Virus record (IMG/VR): IMGVR_UViG_3300020045_001088
Coordinates: 1-30,640 of that record
DNA length: 30,640 nt
Source of the DNA: a virus
Taxonomy: Duplodnaviria > Caudoviricetes
Strand: one strand, 5' to 3'
Under the pieces are notes generated by a model. It was not told where the DNA came from, did not search any database, and saw only the letters and a list, made by a program, of their open reading frames with translations. Both the position numbers and the translations under genes were made by a program. Shown here piece by piece: positions 8,124 through 18,206 of this stretch; the stretch's first letter is position 1, and every line of letters begins with the position of its first letter.

Positions 8124-9820
8124 AATTTCGATTTTTGGGCTATTTGATTCTGTATCTGTTGTTCGTTGGTGACGTCTTGGCCGAGCACATAAGTCTTTGG
8201 CGTTTGTAATATGCTGCTGAAATCAGGCTGATTAGGTACCGGGCCTTGTGTTGGAGGGGTAACACCTCCCCCACCTCCAAAGCCACCACCACCGCCACCA
8301 CTTGCACCACCTCCCCCGCCTCCTCCTCCGAATTGGGTAGACTTGATTTTGGCAACACGGGCGAACCCTGCTATCCCCGCAATACCCGCTTGAATATATG
8401 GATAACCTGGGAATAAAACGGACGCGGGGTTTGCTGCTGACGTTGCAAATATGTTGCTGATACCTTGGTATGTGCTTATCACCGCCTGTGCAATACTTGC
8501 CGCTTTGTTTATTTGAAACGCTCTTTTTGCCGCCTTTTCGTTGCCCTGACCAAAGGCCGTTGTTAGGTCGGAGATTGCTCCCAAAGCATCCTGTGCCATT
8601 TGCAACTTCGCATTTCTTACCGATTGCTCACGGGCGAGTTCAATGTCTGAATACTTCTTTTTGATGGCTTCGGCTTCCATGACTTGCTGCTCAAGCAATT
8701 GCTTCTCAAGTTCCGCGTTATTATTTGCCATTAAGAAAAGGGCATCGTACTTAGCAGCCACCGCGTCTTGCTCCTTTTGTTGAGCATCGGTTACAAGGGC
8801 AAGGCGAACACTTTCAATATCGGCAAGGGCTTGTTGCTCTCTGTCGAATAATGCTTTTGCGTCTGCATCTCTTTTGGCTTTGGCTTCCGCTTCAATCTTC
8901 GCCCAAGCATCCTCCCCTTCCTTTCTTATCCGCAATAGTTCAGCGGCTTCCTTTTCCGCAATCGCGTTGTTTTCATCAGCCGCCTTGGTTTTGATTTCCT
9001 TTAGCTTCAACTCATACCCCGCCTGAGTGTTGGTTAATTCGAGCAGCTTCTTTTCCGTTGCCTCTATTGCTGCGTTGGCTTCCGTGTCAACCGCCTCGGG
9101 GTCGAATAACAAGCCCGCTACCTTTTCGCCTATATTGAACTCGAAGCCTTCAAACCCCAACAACTCACTCGCCTTGCTTGCGTAGTCAATGAGTAGTTGC
9201 AACGGCTTGACCATGAAATCAATTATCCCGCTTAATATCTTTTTGTTCCTCGCCTCCGCATCAATCTGAAACTGAATAGTTGCCTTTTGCCGTTCAAGTT
9301 GGAATTTGTAGGCGTCTATATCTTCTTCAATAGCGACTTGTTTCAGCTTGATTATTTCAGCCTCTGACTTACCCTGCAAGCGCAATACATTGTCTTGTCC
9401 GTTCAGGATGTCAAGTTGCTTGTCGGCTATCTTTACACCTTCTTCGGCTGACTTGTTCAATTGAACTTGTGCCCCATCAAGCCCGCGCAATGCCGCCTTC
9501 ATGTCGTCCATCTTGGTAGCCAATACCCCGATAGCCACAACGAGCAATCCGATTCCTGTTGCCGCTATTGCGGCCTTCACTCCCGTCATGCCTTTTGTCA
9601 AGTCCTTTGTTATACCTACAATTCGGGTAAGCGATTCCCCAACCAATCCAAACCTCCCCTCAAGAAACCTCGCTGAAGTAGCCATGAGGTTGTTGTTGGA
9701 TTCAACCGCCTTTCCAACCCCCGCCACCTGTGATTTCAGCTTCTCACCTACTTGTGCGACCTGTTGGCTTGCCTTGCCAGTCTTAACATCGACCTCTATT
9801 ATTACTGTTTCAGTAGCCAT
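8120..9820 (-). CDS. Tape measure protein (short, about 566 aa)
   Basis: KAAIAATGIGLLVVAIG motif, long coiled coil, KAASIAQAVISTY, Gly-rich C-terminus. Start taken at ATG 9820. Confidence 0.75.
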   Translation of the reverse strand: MATETVIIEVDVKTGKASQQVAQVGEKLKSQVAGVGKAVESNNNLMATSARFLEGRFGLVGESLTRIVGITKDLTKGMTGVKAAIAATGIGLLVVAIGVLATKMDDMKAALRGLDGAQVQLNKSAEEGVKIADKQLDILNGQDNVLRLQGKSEAEIIKLKQVAIEEDIDAYKFQLERQKATIQFQIDAEARNKKILSGIIDFMVKPLQLLIDYASKASELLGFEGFEFNIGEKVAGLLFDPEAVDTEANAAIEATEKKLLELTNTQAGYELKLKEIKTKAADENNAIAEKEAAELLRIRKEGEDAWAKIEAEAKAKRDADAKALFDREQQALADIESVRLALVTDAQQKEQDAVAAKYDALFLMANNNAELEKQLLEQQVMEAEAIKKKYSDIELAREQSVRNAKLQMAQDALGAISDLTTAFGQGNEKAAKRAFQINKAASIAQAVISTYQGISNIFATSAANPASVLFPGYPYIQAGIAGIAGFARVAKIKSTQFGGGGGGGGASGGGGGGFGGGGGVTPPTQGPVPNQPDFSSILQTPKTYVLGQDVTNEQQIQNQIAQKSKL

Positions 9821-9990
9821 TGGAGTAGTGTGTAAATGATTAATGCAATAACGCAATAGACGGCAACAGAAAGAAGTAAGTCCACTACCTTAATAGTTCC
9901 CGTTATCCATTTGGGTATAGACCGCTTTGGGTATTTGACCTTTCCGCTTTGGGCTGCCCGTATTGCCGTTATGACTATTGACCTATTCAT
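9802..9990 (-). CDS. Small membrane protein
   Basis: Basic N-terminus and one C-terminal hydrophobic helix; abuts the upstream stop. Confidence 0.55.
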   Translation of the reverse strand: MNRSIVITAIRAAQSGKVKYPKRSIPKWITGTIKVVDLLLSVAVYCVIALIIYTLLQWLLKQ

Positions 9991-12876
9991 TTATTGGAAT
10001 ACAAGTATATAGTTCCATTCAGCCGCCCATTGAATACTTCCCGCGCCCAAGACGCCCGTGGTATTAAATAATAACTCAAATGCCCCGCTACCAAGGTCAT
10101 TGACTTGAATGACCCACAAAGGAACGTATGCGCCAAAATACCCGTATATCGGGGGGCCGTATTGAATGCCTGTCGTGCCCGCGTTATTGACGATAACGCA
10201 ATATTGACGGACGTAGTATGCTACACCTCCCTCCATTGCAACTAAGTCAACAAAGCCTGTCATCTGTGAGTTGTTGGGTAGGTATAGGGTGCTTTGCCCA
10301 TTACCCAAGGTCATGACGGTACTATTTACACCACCGCCTGATAAGTCAGCCGCAAAGCAAAAAGGAATAGTCCCCGAACGTGACCAACCGCAATTGCCAT
10401 TTACTTTACCCGGGTGGCTTACGTTTGTCCCTTCACCCGTTACAAGGTTTCCGCTACCCGAAACACCCTCCTCAATAGTATGCCCATCCCCCGCGATGAC
10501 TGACTTAACAACGGGCGAAAGGAATATATTTGAGTTGCCAAGGATAAGCGAATCCCCTAATTGCTTTGTCGCACTTGTTTCGGCCTTTGGTTTAACATCC
10601 TTTCCAACTACTGCGTCAGGACGTTCATTGAGCATGAAACACTTATTGATGCCCGAAGCCCAAACACCTCCGTAGAACTCGCAGCAGGTTTCATTTCCAA
10701 AACCAACAACCCCATCTTCATCCGTGAACAAAACAAGCCCGCCCGCGCTTGAATAGGGCACAAACTCGCATGACCTCGGTGTGATTACCTGCTTAATCAA
10801 TTCAACCTTGCACGTTCCTATCCCGTTGGCGTTATACGAATCAACCTTGTTTACCCTCCAAATGCTATCCTTAATTACAATCGAATCCCGAAAGTCAAGT
10901 TCCGCAAACTCGTTTGGCGTTAAGTAAACATTTGCCGACCTTATTCGTGCCTCTTTATTGTAAATCTCGTTGAAGTACGGCAGCCAAAAGCGGTTGAATA
11001 AGTTCAATTCGGTTAATCCTAAGTAATTATGCCAAGGCTGAACAACACCGAAGTTGTCATCATACCCCGCAAAATCAATATTGGGAACTTGAAAGTGCCC
11101 GATATAAGGGTAATCGGTCAATATATCGACAGTTGTAGTGTCAGGATTGTACACGCCAACACCTACTGCCGTAGGCTGATAGGAATAGTAGCCCCCTTTC
11201 GGTTGTCCAAATATGCCTTGGCCATTCGGGTCGGTTGACTTGTGAATGATTATATCCGTTTCCGCTACCGTATTGCAGGGAATCGGGAAGAAAGGGAGGG
11301 TAATCTTTTGGTCACCCGTTGCAAATTCGTTGTTGGGGTTTTCAATCAGTTGACTGCCATAATTGACCTTGGTAACGTCATTGACAATCTTACTTATCAT
11401 GTCCGTTCCTTTGGTATACTCCAAAAGGATAGTCCGTGATTGCAGCCCCGTTGTCGGCTTGTCAACGACGTCTTTCCCCGCTTCCATCTTATTCGTCCAA
11501 TCGCGCGTTACGCCTGTATAAATCAAATCGCGGATTGGCTCAATGATAACGCCTTTCGGGTGTGACGGGTCGGGAATTACCGCCATGTTATACTTACGAC
11601 AAATGCCACGCAAATAGTCTATCTGCTTAATGTCGGGAGCGTTGGCAGACACATCAACATCTTCATTGTGCAATGGAGGTGTCGCAAAGTTCATCTTGAA
11701 GCCCGTGCCCAACCATGCATCGTAAAGCGCCGTTCCGTAAAGGGTAATGTCGGGAGCCGTTCCTGTTGTTGTTCTGACAAAGTTCCATGTTACGGTATCA
11801 CCCGCCTCGAGAAGCAAAGGAGCCTCATATTGGACAAGTTCATCCGTTCCCGCCCCTATAATCACTTGCACGCTGCTCAATCCATTAAGCGGATAAGCAA
11901 ATGCGCCATTGACTTGAAGGAAGAAGATTAATACAGCATTGATGTTTGAAGTCATAAGGGAAGATAATTGGAATGTGAATACCCCCGCGTAGGGCGCGGT
12001 AAAGGTATCACCTCCGCTGAAATTATTACTCAAATCCCATGATTCAACCATGCCGCTAATCGCTTGCACGTTTGTACCGCCTCCGTAGGGTGACCCTTGG
12101 GCAACAGCCGTGAATACTTGGTCGGTCAAACGGTACAACGCGCCCGTCTGTGCCTCCGCTTTCAACTCGCCAATAACGTAACGGCTATTTAGGAATAGGG
12201 TGTACTTATCGTCAAACTCTGCGGTGTCGAAAAAGTCAGAAGTGAGTTGATACCCCGCCTCTGTAATGATTTTATCCATTAACCAACGCTCACGGATTGC
12301 GGGCGTAAAGTCCGCGAAGTAGTTCCGCTTGTCTGTGTCGGTTGAATTGATTGGCCTACTATTCGGGCTGCCATCGTTTGTCCATGCTTGACCCTTATCA
12401 ACAAGTGTATAAACAAGGTCACCACTTAGTCCCGACTGGTCAATCAACGTCTCAAATGTTGTTTGGTCGAGTGTATGGTCGAGGTCGGAATAGTCCAACT
12501 CACTCAACATTTTATCCTTAATGTCACGGGCAACATTGGCAACCTCGCCAAAGAATATTAATTCGTATTCCCTTTGGATAAGGTTTTGATGGTACACGCC
12601 CAACATTTGAACGTGGCCGAATAAAGTAGTCTGAACGCCCGCGCTTATTTGAGCAGGAACTTTTACTCTCGGGTCGAACCCGTCATCGTTCACATTCCAA
12701 TAAGTGCCGAACACTTCATTTGTTTTCTCATTGGCGAGTACTCGGAACGTGTAAGAATAGGGGCTGATTATATCGCCCAACTGTTGAACCTCGCTAAATG
12801 ACTTCGACAAGGTGACGGCAGTCTCAGGACTGATTTCTATTCCAACCCCGTCAATGCTAAAGATAAGTTCCTGCAT
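9991..12876 (-). CDS. Large tail tip / baseplate hub-like protein
   Basis: 961 aa; YSYTFRV..N.KTNEVF N-terminus, PDIKQIDYL.GI..KYN, DWTNK, WRVNKVDSYN..CKVELIK. Confidence 0.7.
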   Translation of the reverse strand: MQELIFSIDGVGIEISPETAVTLSKSFSEVQQLGDIISPYSYTFRVLANEKTNEVFGTYWNVNDDGFDPRVKVPAQISAGVQTTLFGHVQMLGVYHQNLIQREYELIFFGEVANVARDIKDKMLSELDYSDLDHTLDQTTFETLIDQSGLSGDLVYTLVDKGQAWTNDGSPNSRPINSTDTDKRNYFADFTPAIRERWLMDKIITEAGYQLTSDFFDTAEFDDKYTLFLNSRYVIGELKAEAQTGALYRLTDQVFTAVAQGSPYGGGTNVQAISGMVESWDLSNNFSGGDTFTAPYAGVFTFQLSSLMTSNINAVLIFFLQVNGAFAYPLNGLSSVQVIIGAGTDELVQYEAPLLLEAGDTVTWNFVRTTTGTAPDITLYGTALYDAWLGTGFKMNFATPPLHNEDVDVSANAPDIKQIDYLRGICRKYNMAVIPDPSHPKGVIIEPIRDLIYTGVTRDWTNKMEAGKDVVDKPTTGLQSRTILLEYTKGTDMISKIVNDVTKVNYGSQLIENPNNEFATGDQKITLPFFPIPCNTVAETDIIIHKSTDPNGQGIFGQPKGGYYSYQPTAVGVGVYNPDTTTVDILTDYPYIGHFQVPNIDFAGYDDNFGVVQPWHNYLGLTELNLFNRFWLPYFNEIYNKEARIRSANVYLTPNEFAELDFRDSIVIKDSIWRVNKVDSYNANGIGTCKVELIKQVITPRSCEFVPYSSAGGLVLFTDEDGVVGFGNETCCEFYGGVWASGINKCFMLNERPDAVVGKDVKPKAETSATKQLGDSLILGNSNIFLSPVVKSVIAGDGHTIEEGVSGSGNLVTGEGTNVSHPGKVNGNCGWSRSGTIPFCFAADLSGGGVNSTVMTLGNGQSTLYLPNNSQMTGFVDLVAMEGGVAYYVRQYCVIVNNAGTTGIQYGPPIYGYFGAYVPLWVIQVNDLGSGAFELLFNTTGVLGAGSIQWAAEWNYILVFQ

Positions 12877-14203
12877 CGCTTCCGATTTTTAGTTTGATGG
12901 TGATGGTATCCAAAGCGAAGTCTTCGCGTATCAAATGCCTGTGGCTTGCTTCTGCCAATGTCACGGGGTATGTATAGCCGTCTGACGTTGTTATTTCAAG
13001 CGATTCCGAACGGTAGGCCGTTGCTAAAAACTTCCTTTGCTCAACCGTCAACATTTCGCTTTTGAGTTCAAGCGTTTGAGTAGTTTCGGAATAGCCCGTT
13101 TGGTCACCCAACAACCTTGCATAGATAGCTCCTGACGTTGTTTGTCCATGGTTATACACTTGTACCCTTTGGGTATCTTCTGTGACGCTATTTGCCCCGT
13201 CAAAAGTGTGATGCTCAACTCCTCCGTGGTCGGCCACCCATCGCAAAGTGATTGGCTGATAGTCACAGTCGCATCTGTACATACATAGCACCTGTGAGGC
13301 TTGACTTACGCCACCTATCAGTTGAACGGTATAGTGCGTCCAATCGGGGAAGTTTGAAGGCTTTTCGATGGCGGGGATTATTGCCACGTCAGTAGCCTCG
13401 ATGTTGTCAAGTCCAACCCCAACATATAACATCTTTTCCCTTGCCGTTGTCGAAGCGGGGGAGTAGGGTATAGTATAATCTTGGGTGGCAAGTGTTACTG
13501 ACCCCTCATATAAAGTATATCGGTAGGTGGCCGCTATGCACCCCGCCAATATAGTTCCGTCATCGTTGATGTGAGCAATGCTGAACTTATGACCGGTAAA
13601 TGTCGGAACGCAAATAGCCCTTGCAACTGCTGCATACATAAGTTGACCAACCCACGGGGAGTTGATGTAAGTCCGCCACGTCAACCAACCCTCGTTTACT
13701 GATGCCGTTGCAGGTGGGTAATAGTCACCCGCTGCCGTTCCCTCGCCTGATTGCCTTGCGGTTATTCTTCCCTTCAAGTAGTAAGCGGGGTAAGTGACGG
13801 TAGTTCCTGCGTCAATGGTAAACACCCCTGCAACGTCATAACCTTCCGATATTTCAAGCGTGTATTTTGTGACAGCGTTTGTGTTTACATAAACCAAAGG
13901 ATTACCCGTAATCACTTGCGGATTGCTCAAGGATGGATAAACGAGCGCTCCTGCTGTGGCAAATAATGACCTATCCCAACCAACTACATTGTCGGCAAGT
14001 TCGGCAACATTAAGATAGTTGCCTGTGGTTAGGTAGGGCAAGAAGATATAATTGCCTGTTGCCGCGCCCGTGGGGTAAAAGCGTATGCAGAATCGGAAGT
14101 TAGGCTGACCAACATTGGTTGAAGTCATTGACACCATTATCCAACCCCGCGTATATAGGAAGTTTGTACCCGTTCCAAATGGTTCTGTTATCGTTAGTGC
14201 CAT
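12857..14203 (-). CDS. Tail protein (distal-tail-like C-terminus)
   Basis: 448 aa; C-terminal L.W....GGVEHHTF pattern; directly upstream of the hub-like gene. Confidence 0.6.
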   Translation of the reverse strand: MALTITEPFGTGTNFLYTRGWIMVSMTSTNVGQPNFRFCIRFYPTGAATGNYIFLPYLTTGNYLNVAELADNVVGWDRSLFATAGALVYPSLSNPQVITGNPLVYVNTNAVTKYTLEISEGYDVAGVFTIDAGTTVTYPAYYLKGRITARQSGEGTAAGDYYPPATASVNEGWLTWRTYINSPWVGQLMYAAVARAICVPTFTGHKFSIAHINDDGTILAGCIAATYRYTLYEGSVTLATQDYTIPYSPASTTAREKMLYVGVGLDNIEATDVAIIPAIEKPSNFPDWTHYTVQLIGGVSQASQVLCMYRCDCDYQPITLRWVADHGGVEHHTFDGANSVTEDTQRVQVYNHGQTTSGAIYARLLGDQTGYSETTQTLELKSEMLTVEQRKFLATAYRSESLEITTSDGYTYPVTLAEASHRHLIREDFALDTITIKLKIGSDAGTYL

Positions 14204-14712
14204 TATTTCAACCCTCCTTTAGCTAATTTCTTCCTTAGTTGTTCGGCTATCGCCTTTCGGCTACCCTCCGAAATATCATTGTTCGGCTTTTCGAGTTCCC
14301 GTTTTATGGATGTTGAGTAAAAGAAGATACCCGGGTAACCTTTCTTTGCCACCTTACGACCTATCATAAAGGCCATGCCGTTAAGCCTCGCGGGTGTGCG
14401 TTCAACGAACCTCCCCGTTGCTTTATCCCTTGGCATGATTCCTTTCGCCAATATCCATGCTTTGATTGCTTCAAGCGGTGGCAACTTGGCTGACGGCTTT
14501 CGACCTTGCTCTACCCAAATACCTTGCTTGGCAGAACTGAACTCGATACGGTCACGGCTGACTTTCGACCTCAAACTGTTGGCAAGCGTTCCCGTGGCTA
14601 CCCTCCTGACGTTTCGCCCGTTAATAGTTCGGGGGGATTCAATCATCATCTTTGCCCGCTTCTTGACCTTTTTGGCAAACCGACCCATGGCTATTTTAAG
14701 AACATCGCTCAT
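14203..14712 (-). CDS. Neck / tail-completion protein (HK97 gp10-like)
   Basis: Basic; ATGTLANSL..WVEQGRKP..PPLEAIKAWI..AFMIGRKVAKKG. Confidence 0.6.
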   Translation of the reverse strand: MSDVLKIAMGRFAKKVKKRAKMMIESPRTINGRNVRRVATGTLANSLRSKVSRDRIEFSSAKQGIWVEQGRKPSAKLPPLEAIKAWILAKGIMPRDKATGRFVERTPARLNGMAFMIGRKVAKKGYPGIFFYSTSIKRELEKPNNDISEGSRKAIAEQLRKKLAKGGLK

Positions 14713-15101
14713 ACAATAGAAAGTTCGAAAGGTTCTTTGGGTAGCAGCTTCAGCAGTTCGGCCATTGCGACCTTACTACTTGTCACGTCTATTTGTCCGT
14801 CCTTATTGATGTCAGCCAAACCCGTTCCGACAAGTATACATCCTTTGATGTCGGTGTGGTAGTTGCCGTGATGGATTAGGATAAGGTCACGGGCGGGCAC
14901 GTTGGTCAAATAGAAATGCTCCCCGTACTTTGGGGAGGTTCTTCTTGCTACTATATACTTTCCCTTCGGAACGCAACTAACCTGCTTCGCGTTACCCTTC
15001 CAAGGTAATTCAAGGGTGTGAAAGGTTTTATCGCCAACGGTCAACTTGCCGATTGTTTGAACGGTGTTGTCGGATAGGCGTGTGAGTGTGTAGGTGTTCA
15101 T
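14709..15101 (-). CDS. Putative endolysin, DUF5675 family
   Basis: T.GKL..HTLELPW..N....SCVPKGKY, VP.R..ILIH.GN...DIKGCILVG. ATG 15101 is coupled to the holin stop. Confidence 0.8.
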   Translation of the reverse strand: MNTYTLTRLSDNTVQTIGKLTVGDKTFHTLELPWKGNAKQVSCVPKGKYIVARRTSPKYGEHFYLTNVPARDLILIHHGNYHTDIKGCILVGTGLADINKDGQIDVTSSKVAMAELLKLLPKEPFELSIV

Positions 15102-15463
15102 TCTTCGTTGTTTTTTTTGTACCCAAATCGGCCAAGTATTACCGCCCAAATATCCCCAAACAACTTACTGCTATTCATGGTCAACCAAAGGATTAAGTCA
15201 CGGCCAACAAGTCCGCTTGCCACCGCTGCCCAAAGGCTCGCATTATCTCCGTATGGTTGCGCCAAGTGACCCGCCCCCACCCCGACAAACATTGCAAGAA
15301 TAACCGATGCAAACATTTTCCAAGGCGGAATCCTTTTGCCGCTTAGGATAATGGTCATTTGTTGAACAACGCTTGAAGCGACTGCCGCAAGCCCAAGAGG
15401 AATTGACTTAATCATAAATGTACTTACCGAGTTCATAAGTTCGAACCATTCTGCCTTTGCCAT
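15098..15463 (-). CDS. Putative holin
   Basis: About 3 hydrophobic segments and a charged C-terminus; directly upstream of the endolysin. Confidence 0.65.
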   Translation of the reverse strand: MAKAEWFELMNSVSTFMIKSIPLGLAAVASSVVQQMTIILSGKRIPPWKMFASVILAMFVGVGAGHLAQPYGDNASLWAAVASGLVGRDLILWLTMNSSKLFGDIWAVILGRFGYKKNNEE

Positions 15464-15834
15464 TTAATAAATATTAAGACCGAAGTGGCCATTGATACCC
15501 AAAAGAAAATTACCTCTGCATTACCAAGTATTGACACATCGCCAAAGGCCGCGTCAATAGTTTGATTCCATGCGGACAAGCCAATGAACACCCACAACGC
15601 CCGAGTGATGGCCGTTGCTTCTTTCCAATTCAATGCCGAATGTGCGACCATGCTTACAAGGGTCAACTGCGTTAACGCGCATGACAAGTGAGGCCAATTG
15701 GCGTAAGGATTGAACGGTAATGCCTCCAACCCGATTGCAATGTCAAAGTCAGCCACAAGCATTGAAGCGAAGTACTGACCCATCGCAAAGGTCATTGTCA
15801 GGATTGCCCCTAATATGTAGTGATGGTTTTTCAT
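15433..15834 (-). CDS. Multi-pass membrane protein (lysis module)
   Basis: About 4 hydrophobic segments; ATG 15834 is coupled to the upstream TGA. Confidence 0.6.
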   Translation of the reverse strand: MKNHHYILGAILTMTFAMGQYFASMLVADFDIAIGLEALPFNPYANWPHLSCALTQLTLVSMVAHSALNWKEATAITRALWVFIGLSAWNQTIDAAFGDVSILGNAEVIFFWVSMATSVLIFIKWQRQNGSNL

Positions 15835-16106
15835 CGTCTTCTTCGTGTACCGGCAAGGCCGCCCCAAAACAAATTCCCGTTTGTGTCGGTAATGACCACC
15901 GTATTATCACAGTCACATTGCCACCCGGTACCGCCACCTTTATATTCCACTTCTGAAACATTCGATAGCCCTGTCATGGTTGCCGTTCCAAGTGAGTATA
16001 GCCCACCTCCATCGTCATTGACACTCACATATTCGGTCGTGTCATTTGAAACGTAAAATGATTTTGTTGCCGCGCCTGTTGCGCTTCTAAGTGATACTGT
16101 TGCCAT
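15831..16106 (-). CDS. Hypothetical protein
   Basis: Fits the operon spacing exactly; ends in RRRR. Confidence 0.6.
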   Translation of the reverse strand: MATVSLRSATGAATKSFYVSNDTTEYVSVNDDGGGLYSLGTATMTGLSNVSEVEYKGGGTGWQCDCDNTVVITDTNGNLFWGGLAGTRRRR

Positions 16107-16108
16107 GT

Positions 16109-17512
16109 TTAAAAGTGTTTACAAATTATTCCTGTTGTTGATGCGGTTGTTGACTTCGCTAAGGTCGTCACCCCGTTACTATTGAATATATAAGCGTTTG
16201 CCGTACTCGTTTGGTTTTGGTCACTCAACCATGTGCGCGAACCCCTCGTCATAACCAAAGCAAGGTAGTTGCTATCATCGTTAATGTCAAATATGGTCAT
16301 GGCCTCCTCGAGTGCAGGCATCCACCAACCAGTCTCACCAACGTAAGTTGTTGCGGGGTTTGGTAAAGAGTTGTTCCATGTTTGAGCCGTGAACGTATCA
16401 GCGTTTCTCCATTGCAAGCCCGTGAGATGGTCATAAATGATAACGTCACCCGGTGTTGCTATTGCCACCCCGTTAATGTCAAACCAATCGTTCAGCTTTC
16501 GCGCATAGCTGCCATTGCTCAAAGTGAATCGGTATCGGTGGCCGTGGGTGTTGTTGTATGCCAACCAATATCCATGCGCTGAGCCAACGGGTAAATCACT
16601 AAATGCAAGTTGTTGAGGGCGAAGAATTGAACCCACCGCGTAAGCGACAGGGGCATAGTAGCCATTGGCAATACGCCAAGCGGTTGTGCCTGACGTTGCC
16701 GACAACGAGCTTCCTATCGGCACGGGTCTTTGGAAGATTGTCAGGACGGGTGCATAAGGGTCAGGAATCTCAACAACATTGCCCACAATAGTTCCAACGG
16801 GTGTGCCGTTTTCGTATTCGACAAGAACGTCAATCGTTGCCCCCGATGCCACCGTATCATAAGCGTTTCCATTTACTTCAACATTCGCATCTGTACATAC
16901 CGGTATAATCCAGTCCGAACCAACGAGCGAACCAACGGGCGAGCCACCTTGTAAAACGTCAATGTCTATCGTGCCACCACTTGCCACCGTTCCAACTTCA
17001 ACACCGTTCAATTCAACCGTGGCATCAGGACAATCAGCGGGTGAACCTCCTGCTGTTATACCGGGTATCAAACATCTTTCGTTTACCGAAGGCTGACTTA
17101 TAGTAGTCGAAACCACAACGCCACTAAGCGTATCGGCAAAGTCATTGGTCAAGAATTGAGCAGACATTGCGCCTGTTGTCCTTACCCGCCATGCCGCGAA
17201 GATTTGATTGTCACCGATTACACTTCGGAAGTCCGTTGCCACTTGAGCCATGTCGGAATGAATCTCACGGATATTCGTAAGGTCATCCGTCTTTTGCGCG
17301 GGCACGTCAAGAAAGTAAACATCAAATGAATGGTTCTTCATGCCGTTGAACTCGGGAGGGAAGTCAACCGTTTGCGGAACCACGAACATCATTGGGTAAT
17401 TCTGCTCCTTCAAGAAGTCCGCATCCGTTACCTCGCCATAAGCAAAGTGACGGAGCAAAGCATGACCGTCCGCAAATGTTTCAAAGAATGCTACTATTTC
17501 GTTATGCGTCAT
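16109..17512 (-). CDS. Tail-completion-like domain fused to repeats and a DUF1566/Lcl-like lectin domain
   Basis: N-terminal ~150 aa with YP.MFV and D.LSG..C.IP; two ~46 aa repeats; C-terminal DHLTGLQW..W..GWWMP.LEE..WLS..AY. Confidence 0.6.
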   Translation of the reverse strand: MTHNEIVAFFETFADGHALLRHFAYGEVTDADFLKEQNYPMMFVVPQTVDFPPEFNGMKNHSFDVYFLDVPAQKTDDLTNIREIHSDMAQVATDFRSVIGDNQIFAAWRVRTTGAMSAQFLTNDFADTLSGVVVSTTISQPSVNERCLIPGITAGGSPADCPDATVELNGVEVGTVASGGTIDIDVLQGGSPVGSLVGSDWIIPVCTDANVEVNGNAYDTVASGATIDVLVEYENGTPVGTIVGNVVEIPDPYAPVLTIFQRPVPIGSSLSATSGTTAWRIANGYYAPVAYAVGSILRPQQLAFSDLPVGSAHGYWLAYNNTHGHRYRFTLSNGSYARKLNDWFDINGVAIATPGDVIIYDHLTGLQWRNADTFTAQTWNNSLPNPATTYVGETGWWMPALEEAMTIFDINDDSNYLALVMTRGSRTWLSDQNQTSTANAYIFNSNGVTTLAKSTTASTTGIICKHF

Positions 17513-17755
17513 CGTTTCGCTTTGCTTTCAGTATAGACGAAATTCGCAGCATGGTATGACAAATGCAAGAAGAACTTGCTCGCGGGTTGTTCAGCCCAAT
17601 AGTCAACGAGTTTCGGGTCATCGTTTGACAAACGCATGAGGGTACAGAAAAAACCATAGGCTTCTGTCATAGCATCTCCTTTAGATTTCTTGCCGCCCTT
17701 TCCAAAGATGTCAGGGTATAGTCTCTCCAACTTTCCGCGATAGTGCAAAAAAAAA
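17509..17755 (-). CDS. Tail assembly chaperone, -1 frameshift extension (gpGT-like)
   Basis: No ATG start; the frame is -1 relative to the upstream ORF and is entered at a T9 run; its stop overlaps the next ATG. Confidence 0.7.
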
Positions 17756-18197
17756 CCTCCGCACCGAGGTAACTTGCCATTGTCATTCCAAGCAATTCGG
17801 GAACTTGTTTTCCCGTGTATTTCTCAACCTCGTACAAGTTGCCTATTTTGTTTGTGACGGGACGAAAGAGGCAAGACAAGATGGCTATTTGGTAAGCGTC
17901 CCCATCCTCTTCCTTTGCTTCGGTGAAATCAATAAACGCCCCCGTTTCAAACTTCATTAAGTCGGAAGGTAAACGATATTCAACCCCCTCAATAGTATGC
18001 CGAGGGTCGGAAGGTTCAACCGATGCAAAGGCTTTTGTTACCGCCTCCGCCGCTTCTTCATAGGCTTGTACGGGAAGTTCCCGAACTTGTTCAACAGTAA
18101 GCCCCGACAATGCGGCCACCGCTTCAACGTCACCTTTCTTTGAGCGCAACCAATCGGCAACAGTAATGCTTTGGCTTCCTTTGATGGTGAATTTCAT
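17667..18197 (-). CDS. Tail assembly chaperone (gpG-like)
   Basis: G.FID..LFRPV..Y..EKY..GA.VFF pattern, with a slippery run near the 3' end. Confidence 0.65.
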   Translation of the reverse strand: MKFTIKGSQSITVADWLRSKKGDVEAVAALSGLTVEQVRELPVQAYEEAAEAVTKAFASVEPSDPRHTIEGVEYRLPSDLMKFETGAFIDFTEAKEEDGDAYQIAILSCLFRPVTNKIGNLYEVEKYTGKQVPELLGMTMASYLGAEVFFCTIAESWRDYTLTSLERAARNLKEML

Positions 18198-18206
18198 TTG
18201 CCAAAG

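Noticed and set aside
8266-8330. Gly-rich low-complexity tract
   Set aside because: Mixed Gly codons in the tape measure C-terminus; an ordinary linker.
16109-16260. DGR variable region
   Set aside because: No reverse transcriptase and no adenine-variant template copy seen in the window; action in trans cannot be judged from this sequence.
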